A stretch of 32,000 nt of DNA from Telmatocola sphagniphila. Its GTDB lineage: Bacteria; Planctomycetota; Planctomycetia; Gemmatales; Gemmataceae. The notes under the pieces are model-generated. The model did not search any database and was not told the origin of the DNA. It worked only from the letters and a program-made list of their open reading frames with translations. The position numbers and the translations under genes are program-made. Of this stretch, positions 1 to 8,102 are shown piece by piece; position 1 is the stretch's first letter, and the number at the start of each line of letters is the position of its first letter. The DNA is taken from NCBI RefSeq assembly GCF_018398935.1, contig NZ_CP074694.1, positions 1,710,001-1,742,000 of the forward strand, read 5' to 3'.

Positions 1-201
1 CGTTTTCAAGTGGTTCCTCTGGAGGCTAGTAAACGTTTTGATCTCCAAGGCTCGCTAATCGAATTGGCAGGAAACTTGTTTGGGAGTGGGATTCACTTTG
101 AAGTCGAATTCGTCGAAAGCATCGCCTCCGAGCCAAGCGGCAAATTCCGCTTCTGCGTTTCGAAAATGGCTCAGGATTATCTGCGGAACCTGGCCGCCTG
201 A
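1..201 (+). CDS. 3' end of a gene entering from the left edge; C-terminal fragment resembling adenylate-forming (phenylacetate-CoA ligase / F390-synthetase-like) enzymes
   Basis: Frame 1 is open from base 1 to the TGA at 199-201. The tail ...SEPSGKFRFCVSK resembles the C-terminal SGK.R motif of PaaK/CapK-like acyl-AMP ligases. The family call comes from memory of such tails only. Confidence 0.4.
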   Translation, partial: RFQVVPLEASKRFDLQGSLIELAGNLFGSGIHFEVEFVESIASEPSGKFRFCVSKMAQDYLRNLAA

Positions 202-205
202 TTCT

Positions 206-1567
206 TTATGCGATTATCTCTCGAATCGGCTTGCCCCGGCTGATCGGTAAGGGCCGATTCAGTTTGTCGATCATTTCGGAATTTGGATCGATTCCCAGAA
301 GTTCGTACATGGTGGCCGAGATATCTTCTATGCGGCAGGCTCCCGAGGCGGGGAAAGCCCCGTTCTTGTCGGAACTTCCGTGCACGTAGCCCTTTTTGAG
401 GCCGCCGCCCGCCATCAGAACGGTATAGCATTCCGGCCAGTGATCGCGACCCGCGATATTATTGATCTTCGGGGTGCGACCGAACTCTCCCATCCAGAGT
501 ACCAGGGTTTCTTCCAGCATGCCGCGCTCTTTCAGATCTTCCAGCAACGTCGGCAGCGTCTGATTGGTAATTGGGAGCAATCGTTTTTTCAAAATGGGAT
601 CCATCGGTTGATTCTGAAAACCGTGGGTGTCCCAGCCCCATTCACCGCTGATGTACGGTGAAATATAAACAGTTACGAATTTGACCCCGGCCTGCACCAG
701 CCGTCGGGCCAGCAAGCAACCCTGTCCGTAGGTCGTCTCGCCATATTGGGCGCGGACCTTTTTTTTCTCCTTCGACAGATCGAATGCTTCTTTTAATTCC
801 TTGGAAGTAAGCAGCGAGACGGCCCGCTGAAACGATTCGTCCATTCCTTTGGCCAGAGCGTGCTGCTCTAAAACTCTCGACTGTTGATCGAGCATCTTCA
901 GCATCTCTTTACGATCTTCGAGCCTTTGGGAACTGATATTCCCTGGAAGCGTCAATTCGGGGAGTTTAAACTCTTTCCCAGCAGGATCTTCCGTGAAAAA
1001 GAAGGGATTGTGGACTTTGCCCAGGAAGCTGGCGTGCTGCCCGGGAGTGATCGAACCATCCGAGATGCTGTAAGGGTAGGAAACGAACGTCGGAACGCCG
1101 GGCCGGGCTTGGCTGAATTTGTCGACGACGCAGCCGAATGCCGGGGCCAGTTCGGGGGAGTCACGAAGCCTTTGATCGTCGGTCGGCGGAGCGAACCCAG
1201 TCAGGCTGTAATAGCCCGCCGAGTTGTGATTCTTCATGGTGTGCTGAACCGATTTCACAAGTACGCACTGATCGATAATATTGGTCATCCGTGGCAGCAT
1301 TTCGCAGACGGAGATACCGGGCACTTTTGTCGAAATCGGTTTAAAGGTGCCCCGAATTTCCGCGGGAGCATCCGGCTTCATATCGAAAGTTTCGAACTGG
1401 GAAGGTCCGCCCCATTGATAGAGCAGAATGACCGACTTGGCTTTTGCTTTATTTGAGCTCGCCTGCAATAGAGCAGGTGGTAGCATTAAGCTGCTCATGC
1501 CCAAAGCGCCAACTTGAAGCAATTTTCGGCGAGAGAGCGGTATATGTTCGATTCCCATGCCCATCAC
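206..1567 (-). CDS. DUF1501 domain protein (sulfatase / alkaline-phosphatase-like fold), Tat-exported
   Basis: 453-aa ORF with the twin-arginine signal SRRKLLQVGALG. It has DUF1501-typical motifs (WGWDTHG, GEFGRTPKIN..GRDHW, LMAGGG). The start is GTG at 1567 or ATG at 1564, and either overlaps the upstream TGA stop (GTGATG). Confidence 0.9.
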   Translation of the reverse strand: MMGMGIEHIPLSRRKLLQVGALGMSSLMLPPALLQASSNKAKAKSVILLYQWGGPSQFETFDMKPDAPAEIRGTFKPISTKVPGISVCEMLPRMTNIIDQCVLVKSVQHTMKNHNSAGYYSLTGFAPPTDDQRLRDSPELAPAFGCVVDKFSQARPGVPTFVSYPYSISDGSITPGQHASFLGKVHNPFFFTEDPAGKEFKLPELTLPGNISSQRLEDRKEMLKMLDQQSRVLEQHALAKGMDESFQRAVSLLTSKELKEAFDLSKEKKKVRAQYGETTYGQGCLLARRLVQAGVKFVTVYISPYISGEWGWDTHGFQNQPMDPILKKRLLPITNQTLPTLLEDLKERGMLEETLVLWMGEFGRTPKINNIAGRDHWPECYTVLMAGGGLKKGYVHGSSDKNGAFPASGACRIEDISATMYELLGIDPNSEMIDKLNRPLPISRGKPIREIIA

Positions 1568-3798
1568 CTTCTAATCAGAAATTCTTTGGAATTGAGAATC
1601 CCCCAGAGAAGGTCCTCCAGAGCGACACGACGATCTTTCGCCGTCTCCAGCTTTTGCGTGAAGAACTCTTTCTCTTTCGGATTCGGTAGGCGGCCGTACC
1701 CGGATAGAAACAACTCTTCCACGATCGTTTCGTTTTTCTGTCCGGGCTGCAGATACTTCTTCAGGACATTATTCTTATCGGAGATCAAGGACTGCACAAT
1801 TTCCCCGTTGATCATCTGCAGGGATTGCAATAAGCCCGCGTCCTCCGAACGTTCGCACTCACAAGTGAGTAGTCTTTCCGGTTTGCCGAATACCTTCATG
1901 AACTTTTCGCCCAGGCCACTACTGCGACGGCCAGTATGCAGAGGTGCGGCCATCTGCACCGCGCGAGTACCGCTGGGATAGCCGTTGAATTTCATTTTTG
2001 AACCGCTGACCTGTAGCATTGCATCCACCAATTGCTCGGCCTCCAAAGGCAGTGCGGCCGATTTGGAAAAGTGCAGTTCATCTTCAGCATTCGTCTCGTT
2101 CGGGATGGACGAAAGTTGGTAAGTTTCCGAGTTCAAAATCAATCGCAGCATGGCCCGAAGATTGAAGTGATCCTTTTTGAAGCGGTCTGCCAATTCCTCG
2201 AGCAGTTCCGGATTGCTGGGAGGATTGGAAAGTCGAAAATCGTCGTTCGGTTCAACGATTCCCCGACCGAACAGGTGGTACCAGATGCGATTGACTTGGG
2301 CCTTTGCGAAAAAAGGATTATCTGGCTGAGCGATCCAATTCGCCAGCTCGGCAGTTCTATCCGACTGATACGGCAAAAGTTCCTGGGAGCCCAATAAGCG
2401 GGGCTGTAGAGGTTGTTTAGTGCGAGGATGCGATAATTCCTTGCCTGGCATCAGAAAGATGACTTGTTCGCCATTGAATTCATGCTTGTCCAGATCATCA
2501 GCCCGCTTATTGGCCAGAATGCGATAATCGATTTGTGCGAAAAGGGCTGCGAAACGGTGATAGTCATCCTGCGTCCAGATATCGAAAGGATGATTGTGGC
2601 ACTTCGCGCATTGCAGGCGCACTCCCAGGAAGACCTGTGCTATCGATTCCGCCCGGGCATAGGGTTCGCGCAAAGCACGGTAAAGATTCGTGGGCGGATT
2701 CGAATAAGAACTCCCCCGGGCCGAAACGAGTTCCCGGGCGAACTCATTCATGGGGCGATCATTTTGAATGGCCTCGCGTATCCATTGATGGAAAATGCGC
2801 ACGCCCTTGGAATCGAGCGATTTCTCCTCATTTCGAAGCAAATCTGACCATTTCAACGCCCAGAAATCGGCGAATTCGGGCCGTTGAAGAAGCTTGTCGA
2901 TGAGAACCGATCTTTTTTCCGTGGTCGGGTCGTTGAGAAAATCCCGGGCTTCCTCGGCGGTCGGCAGCCGTCCCAGAACATCCAGGTAAACCCGACGCAG
3001 GAACATACTATCATTCGATTTTTCCGATGGCTGGATTTTCAGATTCACCCATTGAGGAAAAAGATGCCGATCGACCGGATTGGAACTCATCGTTTGTACG
3101 GCGTGGAATCCCTTTCGCTCGGGAAGGAAGGCGACGGGAACCGCCACGGTTCGATTCAGATAGCGAACCAGGATATTGGTTTCGCCAAAGAGAAGCCGCC
3201 GGACTTCGCCATCGGGTTGCAGGGCGACCAGTGTCGGATTGGTCGATTCGAGAGCACAGAGATTAGTCACATCGCGTCGGGTTCCATCCGCGAAAATCGC
3301 GGTGGCCTGGATGCGAAAACGATCTTGATTCGAATCGAGAATCCTCGCTTTGGGTTCCACTTCCAACTGGGTAAGCTTCGGCAGAGTTTCAGGATCTCGC
3401 GGCATCCCGGCCGCGATCCAATCGAAAATCAGTTGGTACTCTCGGGAATCTTTGGAGAAGCGCGGCCCGCCTTCATGGCTAACCAATCCCGCGGCTTTGC
3501 GAAGAAACAGACTTTCCGCCGGTTTCTGCGGATCTAAACGTCGGGCAGAGAAATCGCGCGTCATCACGTTGTAATCGAAATCGGGATCTTCGCCGCGCAG
3601 AGATAATTTGAAACCGCCCTTCCCGTTTAAATTGCCATGGCAGGCGCCCTGATTGCAACCCGCGCGAGCCAGCAACGCCATCACATCTCGCTGAAAGGAA
3701 ACGGGTCCCTCCGCACGAATTACAGACGGCAGCAGCAATATCGCCGGTATGGCAAAAATCCAGAATAGCAGTCGGAACCGGTTCGACATCTTCAGCAC
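1564..3798 (-). CDS. DUF1549/DUF1553 (PSD1-type) protein with N-terminal cytochrome-c-like motif and Big_2-like domain
   Basis: 744-aa ORF with a signal peptide (from ATG 3789; GTG 3798 is also possible). It carries CNQGACHG (3637..3657) and LQCAKCHNHPFD (CAKCH at 2596..2610), plus a DUF1553-like C-terminus. It is the canonical partner of the downstream DUF1501 gene and overlaps its start. Confidence 0.9.
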   Translation of the reverse strand: MLKMSNRFRLLFWIFAIPAILLLPSVIRAEGPVSFQRDVMALLARAGCNQGACHGNLNGKGGFKLSLRGEDPDFDYNVMTRDFSARRLDPQKPAESLFLRKAAGLVSHEGGPRFSKDSREYQLIFDWIAAGMPRDPETLPKLTQLEVEPKARILDSNQDRFRIQATAIFADGTRRDVTNLCALESTNPTLVALQPDGEVRRLLFGETNILVRYLNRTVAVPVAFLPERKGFHAVQTMSSNPVDRHLFPQWVNLKIQPSEKSNDSMFLRRVYLDVLGRLPTAEEARDFLNDPTTEKRSVLIDKLLQRPEFADFWALKWSDLLRNEEKSLDSKGVRIFHQWIREAIQNDRPMNEFARELVSARGSSYSNPPTNLYRALREPYARAESIAQVFLGVRLQCAKCHNHPFDIWTQDDYHRFAALFAQIDYRILANKRADDLDKHEFNGEQVIFLMPGKELSHPRTKQPLQPRLLGSQELLPYQSDRTAELANWIAQPDNPFFAKAQVNRIWYHLFGRGIVEPNDDFRLSNPPSNPELLEELADRFKKDHFNLRAMLRLILNSETYQLSSIPNETNAEDELHFSKSAALPLEAEQLVDAMLQVSGSKMKFNGYPSGTRAVQMAAPLHTGRRSSGLGEKFMKVFGKPERLLTCECERSEDAGLLQSLQMINGEIVQSLISDKNNVLKKYLQPGQKNETIVEELFLSGYGRLPNPKEKEFFTQKLETAKDRRVALEDLLWGILNSKEFLIRR

Positions 3799-4081
3799 AT
3801 CCGCGAAGAGAAACTGGAAAAAGCAATAACAAGGTAGGTAACAGAATTATGCCGGATTCGAGGTGGGATTGCAATCGAAACTCTCACATTGTTCGCCGGA
3901 GCAGACTTCCGCTTGTCCCGGTATCATCAAGTCCAAGTGGTACTATCGAAGCTCCCTACGTCCGATGGGCACTGATGCCAAACCAGCACCGGAGACTTTC
4001 ACAAAGCATTTACTGAATGCGATTTAAGTCGAAACGAAAGGAATGAGTTCCGGCCTGAAGTTTCAGATCGTCTGCTATATT

Positions 4082-4126
4082 GAGTTCAGCGAGACTGCGA
4101 GAAAGATTTTCTCTCGCGCTGAACTC
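4082..4126 (-). terminator. Stem-loop just downstream of the DUF1501 paralogue stop; possible terminator without a U-tract
   Basis: GAGTTCAGCG (4082-4091) and CGCTGAACTC (4117-4126) form a perfect 10-bp inverted repeat. A nested CGAGA/TCTCG stem lies inside it. The hairpin begins 8 nt after the TAA at 4135-4137, but the following sequence (AAUAUAGCAG on the minus strand) is not U-rich. Confidence 0.35.
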
Positions 4127-4134
4127 CCAATTTG

Positions 4135-5223
4135 TTAAAGCAAATCTTCCACAACGGTAGCTGCGAGCCCCGAGGGAATCGGTACACCAAAAACCTGGCA
4201 CTGTGTAGCGAACAAATCGGACGGCGTCACGGGAGTTTCCTTAGGTGAATACCCGATCTCATCGGAAGCCCCGATGATGCCGCCGCCCGGGATGCCGCCG
4301 CCGGCCATCAGCACTGTCCAAACTCCCCCATGATGGTCGCGGCCACCGAAGGGATTAATCTTCGGGGAACGTCCAAATTCCCCCAGAGCGGAGACCAAAG
4401 TTGATTGCAGAAGCCCGCGTTCGGCCAAATCGGACAACAAGGCCGAATAGGCAAGATCGAACATCGGCGCCACGTAACGGGCCATTTCCCGGAACGTTGT
4501 AAATGGCCGGGTTCCGTGGATGTCCCAGGTTTTGGCGTCGTAAACCGATTCGAACATATTGAGGGTGACAAATCGCGTTCCCGCTTCGATCAACCGCCGG
4601 GCTCGCAGGCAATTATTTCCAAAAGGATTTCGTCCGTATCTCTCGCGGATTCGTTCCGATTCGGAACTGAGATCATCGTCCGAGTTCGAGAGTATCAGAC
4701 TTTCTTCCTGCCCATGAGGCATCGAACAGCCATTCCAGCCGAGACGGTTGCCGAGAATCACATGCCGCTCGCGGCTCGTCGGTCCATCTTTTTGTGAAGC
4801 GATCCAATTGCCTAAGTGCGGAGGGGAAGCGGAGGCCGAGTAAGATCGCCCGGTTTGAATCTGCTGCAAGCCTGCTTCGTGAACTGCGGGCAAGTCGCTA
4901 TGGAGGCTTCGAATCAGAGTGAATTTATCGGCTTGCCGGGCCATTAAAGGGAAGAGTTCGCTAAGCTGCATTCCTGGTATTCGCGTTGTGATCGGTCGAA
5001 ATGGCCCGCGAATTTCCGAAGGAGCGTTTGGCTTGGGATCCCAGGTATCCAGGGGACTCGGCCCGCCCAGCAGTACGATCATGATGCCTTGAATATTGTT
5101 CCGATTCGGTGCGCTACGAGCCTGGCTCTGAAGCGGAAGCGTCAGGCCCAAAGCAGCGGCCGCGCCCAATTGCAAAAAGTCCCGCCGGTTGGTTCCCGCA
5201 CTCTGTGGATACGCTGTCTGCAT
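4135..5223 (-). CDS. DUF1501 domain protein, shorter paralogue, Tat-exported
   Basis: 362-aa ORF with the Tat signal NRRDFLQLGAAAALG. Its motifs parallel those of 206..1567 (WDIHG, GEFGRSPKINPFGGRDHH, LMAGGGIPGG). It is about 90 aa shorter because of internal deletions. Confidence 0.85.
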   Translation of the reverse strand: MQTAYPQSAGTNRRDFLQLGAAAALGLTLPLQSQARSAPNRNNIQGIMIVLLGGPSPLDTWDPKPNAPSEIRGPFRPITTRIPGMQLSELFPLMARQADKFTLIRSLHSDLPAVHEAGLQQIQTGRSYSASASPPHLGNWIASQKDGPTSRERHVILGNRLGWNGCSMPHGQEESLILSNSDDDLSSESERIRERYGRNPFGNNCLRARRLIEAGTRFVTLNMFESVYDAKTWDIHGTRPFTTFREMARYVAPMFDLAYSALLSDLAERGLLQSTLVSALGEFGRSPKINPFGGRDHHGGVWTVLMAGGGIPGGGIIGASDEIGYSPKETPVTPSDLFATQCQVFGVPIPSGLAATVVEDLL

Positions 5224-5302
5224 GTGCCTCTCCGACGATGAGCAAATTGACTGAGGGCGATTCTAATCGTTCGGCGGGAATTCAGGAAACAAATTTTTCC
5301 CG

Positions 5303-5722
5303 TTACGAACCGAGGATTCCGGTAATATTCACGTCGGCGGGGGTACCAAAGACAGCGGCTCCCATTTCAGCCGTATCGGTAAAGCTCAGGGCATCAAAGT
5401 GGACATCCCCCTGAAAAAATTCGGAGGCAACCACCCCACGAAGAGCGATATAACTCGGGGAGTGTCCCAGTACAGTATGTATCTGCCGGAAGATTTCCGG
5501 GGTGCAGTAAATCGCATAAGCAAAAGTGATGTATTCCAGAGACAGGCCGTGCCGGCGCACTTCCAGGTGCACTTCCTCCGCACCGTAAGGAGATTTTTTG
5601 CCATTCGACCCCCGAAGGGAAGGAGCCATTTTCAAGTAATCTCGCAGGGCCGCTTTCTTCTGATCATTCAATAGCGTAGTGCAGTACTCCGGCGCTGAGA
5701 CTTTCAAATTCAAGTCCTTCAT
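5303..5722 (-). CDS. Hypothetical protein (139 aa), no family recognised
   Basis: ATG at 5722 is preceded by AAAGAGGCGGGATT (GAGG about 9 nt upstream). It is co-oriented with its neighbours, and its composition looks coding. I could place no motif. Confidence 0.55.
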   Translation of the reverse strand: MKDLNLKVSAPEYCTTLLNDQKKAALRDYLKMAPSLRGSNGKKSPYGAEEVHLEVRRHGLSLEYITFAYAIYCTPEIFRQIHTVLGHSPSYIALRGVVASEFFQGDVHFDALSFTDTAEMGAAVFGTPADVNITGILGS

Positions 5723-5767
5723 AATCCCGCCTCTTTAAGAATCTGGCCTCCCACTATTATATTCAAC

Positions 5768-6955
5768 TCAAACACGCAAGCGAAAGAGGATGAGGGCAAT
5801 CAGAGCCATTAAACTGGCCTGACCCAGAATAATCGGCGTGATGCCATGAAGGTCGGCGAGCGGTCCCCAGATCAGGTTACCGGCCGGCACTCCGCAGGCA
5901 ACCATCATGGCCCAGACACCCATCACCTTCCCGCGATGCGAATCTTCCACCGAAAGTTGCACGTAGCCCTGACCGGTGGCCAAAAAAGAAATCATTCCGA
6001 AGCCGAATAATCCACAGCCGAGCGACGCCCAGGCAAACTCCTGAGTGCTTCCCAGAATAAACAGTCCCAAGGAAACGCAGAGGGTTCCGAACCGGAGAAA
6101 TTGACGCCGTCGCTTGCTGGTCCCGAAACTGGCGACGTTCAGCGCGGCCAGGATGGCGCCGCCTCCTACAGAACTGAGGAGCCAGCCGTAGGCCTGTTCT
6201 TTCAAACCGAGATTTCTTTCAACGTAGGCCGTCAGCAGCGACAGCAGGGGCCAACCGCAGATCGAAACCGCCCCGGACAGAATTAAAAGCTGACGAATTT
6301 GCGGGTAGGCTTTCAAATAAGACCAGCCGCTTTGCAAGTCTCGCTCCGATTTCTGTTTCGGGAATTCCGGTTTGAGATCTCGCATGCGAAGCAGGGAAAT
6401 AATCACCGCCAGATAGCTCAAGGTATTGCCGAGAAGGCAAATTCCCGGCGAAAAAGAAGAGAGCAACACCCCGGCCAGCGCGGGCCCGATTGCTCGAGCC
6501 ACGTTGAACTGCATCGAATTCAATGCCACGGTATTTAGGATATCTTCCTTCTCCACCAAGCTGGGAACGAAGGTAAGTCGAACCGGCAGATCGATCGCCT
6601 GAATGCAGCCGTGCAGGACGGAGAGAGCGAGAAGAGAGACGATGTTCACCAGGTTTAAGGTGATGAGAAGGGTCATCAAGGAGGCAGAAAGTAAAAACGC
6701 ACATTGGGTACGCAAAATGAGTTTGTGCCTCGGCAGCCGATCGGCGAGATTTCCTGCCCAGGAGGCCAAAAACAATGTCGGGGCAATTTGGGCGACCAGC
6801 AAAAAAGCAGGCCAGCGGGCCTCTTTGGTCCAATCCCAGGCCAGCCAGGCGAGCGTGGTGGTTTGCATCCAGCTTCCGATCAGGCTGAAGCCCTGACCGA
6901 AAAAATAGAGGCGGTAATTGCGATGACGGAGCGATCGAAACGGCGAAGGCATCAA
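5768..6955 (-). CDS. MFS transporter (EntS/MFS_3-like, about 12 TM)
   Basis: 395-aa hydrophobic ORF. The N-terminus FRSLRHRNYRLYFFGQGFSLIGSWM is typical of the MFS_3/enterobactin-exporter-like family. The start is TTG at 6955 or ATG at 6952, and the ATG shares one base with the purM TGA stop (TGATG). Confidence 0.85.
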   Translation of the reverse strand: MMPSPFRSLRHRNYRLYFFGQGFSLIGSWMQTTTLAWLAWDWTKEARWPAFLLVAQIAPTLFLASWAGNLADRLPRHKLILRTQCAFLLSASLMTLLITLNLVNIVSLLALSVLHGCIQAIDLPVRLTFVPSLVEKEDILNTVALNSMQFNVARAIGPALAGVLLSSFSPGICLLGNTLSYLAVIISLLRMRDLKPEFPKQKSERDLQSGWSYLKAYPQIRQLLILSGAVSICGWPLLSLLTAYVERNLGLKEQAYGWLLSSVGGGAILAALNVASFGTSKRRRQFLRFGTLCVSLGLFILGSTQEFAWASLGCGLFGFGMISFLATGQGYVQLSVEDSHRGKVMGVWAMMVACGVPAGNLIWGPLADLHGITPIILGQASLMALIALILFRLRV

Positions 6956-8025
6956 ACCATGTCCACTCCGGGATCGCCCGCTTTCACTTTCCCGATGATA
7001 TAACTGGGCACTTTCTTATCGGCCAGTTGGTGGATGATGCTGTTCGCAAAATGAGGCGCGACGATCATGACAAAGCCGATCCCCTGATTGAAAACGCGAT
7101 CGACTTCTGGCTGCGGAATCTCACCGAGTTTTTGCAACCAATGGAAAACCGGAGGAACCGGCCAGCTACCGCGTTGAATTTCCACGCGCCGACCGGGAGG
7201 TAACACTCGGGGCACGTTGTCGACCAGACCGCCACCAGTGATGTGAGCCAAACCGCGCACTACCTTCTTTTTGAAGGGATAATGCTGAATCACACTCTTG
7301 ACCGCCTTGACATAAATGCGCGTCGGTGTGAGCAACTCCTCCCCAACGGTTTTGCCCAACTCTTCTATTCGATCATTCACGGTCAGTTTCGCATGCTCGA
7401 AGACAATTTTGCGAACGAGGCTATACCCATTGGAATGAATGCCGGTGGAAGCCAGGCCGATGACGGTGTCCCCGACTTGAACCGCTTTCCCATCGATAAT
7501 GCTGTCTTTTTCGACGACCCCGACGCAGAAGCCGGCCATGTCGAAATCTTCCGGCTGATAGAACTCCGGAAGAATAGCCGTTTCGCCGCCCGTGAGGGAA
7601 CATTCGGCTTGAAGGCACCCTTCGACCATGCCTTCCATCAGCTGGCGGGTCAGTTCTGGGTCGTCCTTGGGCATGGCCAGATAATCGAGGAAGACCAGCG
7701 GTTCGCCCCCCGTGCAGAGACAATCGTTCACCGACATGGCCACCAGATCGATGCCGACAGTATCGTATTTCTTAGTAAGGGAAGCGATTTTCAGCTTACT
7801 GCCAACACCGTCGGTGCAGGTGATGATGACGGGTTTGCGATACTTCCGCGAAAAAAGAAAGCGGTCGTAATCCAGCATGAACAGAGAGGCAAATCCCCCG
7901 AAGCCATCCAGAACATGCAGGCGGTCGTGCGTCCGCCGCATCAGAGGAGCAATACCTTCGAGAGTTTTCTCGTAGGTATCGAGGTTCAAACCGGCTTTCT
8001 CGTATGTCCACTCTGGCATATGCAC
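6952..8025 (-). CDS. purM: Phosphoribosylformylglycinamidine cyclo-ligase (AIR synthetase)
   Basis: 357 aa with PurM signatures: CTDGVGSKLKIA, DLVAMSVNDCLCTGGEPLVFLDY, GLASTGIHSNGYSL and AHITGGG. Confidence 0.95.
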   Translation of the reverse strand: MHMPEWTYEKAGLNLDTYEKTLEGIAPLMRRTHDRLHVLDGFGGFASLFMLDYDRFLFSRKYRKPVIITCTDGVGSKLKIASLTKKYDTVGIDLVAMSVNDCLCTGGEPLVFLDYLAMPKDDPELTRQLMEGMVEGCLQAECSLTGGETAILPEFYQPEDFDMAGFCVGVVEKDSIIDGKAVQVGDTVIGLASTGIHSNGYSLVRKIVFEHAKLTVNDRIEELGKTVGEELLTPTRIYVKAVKSVIQHYPFKKKVVRGLAHITGGGLVDNVPRVLPPGRRVEIQRGSWPVPPVFHWLQKLGEIPQPEVDRVFNQGIGFVMIVAPHFANSIIHQLADKKVPSYIIGKVKAGDPGVDMV

Positions 8026-8102
8026 CGCTGACTGAAAGTTCGAAATCTTTTAGGGAATGCTACGATTTCGATCCCTCATCCGCCACATAGAACGCCCGCG
8101 GT

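Noticed and set aside
2596-2610. CAKCH (CxxCH) and CNQGACH (3637..3657) as evidence for a true c-type cytochrome.
   Set aside because: These motifs are family signatures of DUF1549/PSCyt-type planctomycete proteins. I know of no demonstration of heme attachment, so I use them only for family recognition.
4010-4201. A 63-aa minus-strand ORF spanning the DUF1501 3' end and the hairpin.
   Set aside because: It overlaps the end of a supported gene and the terminator-like hairpin, and nothing supports it as coding.
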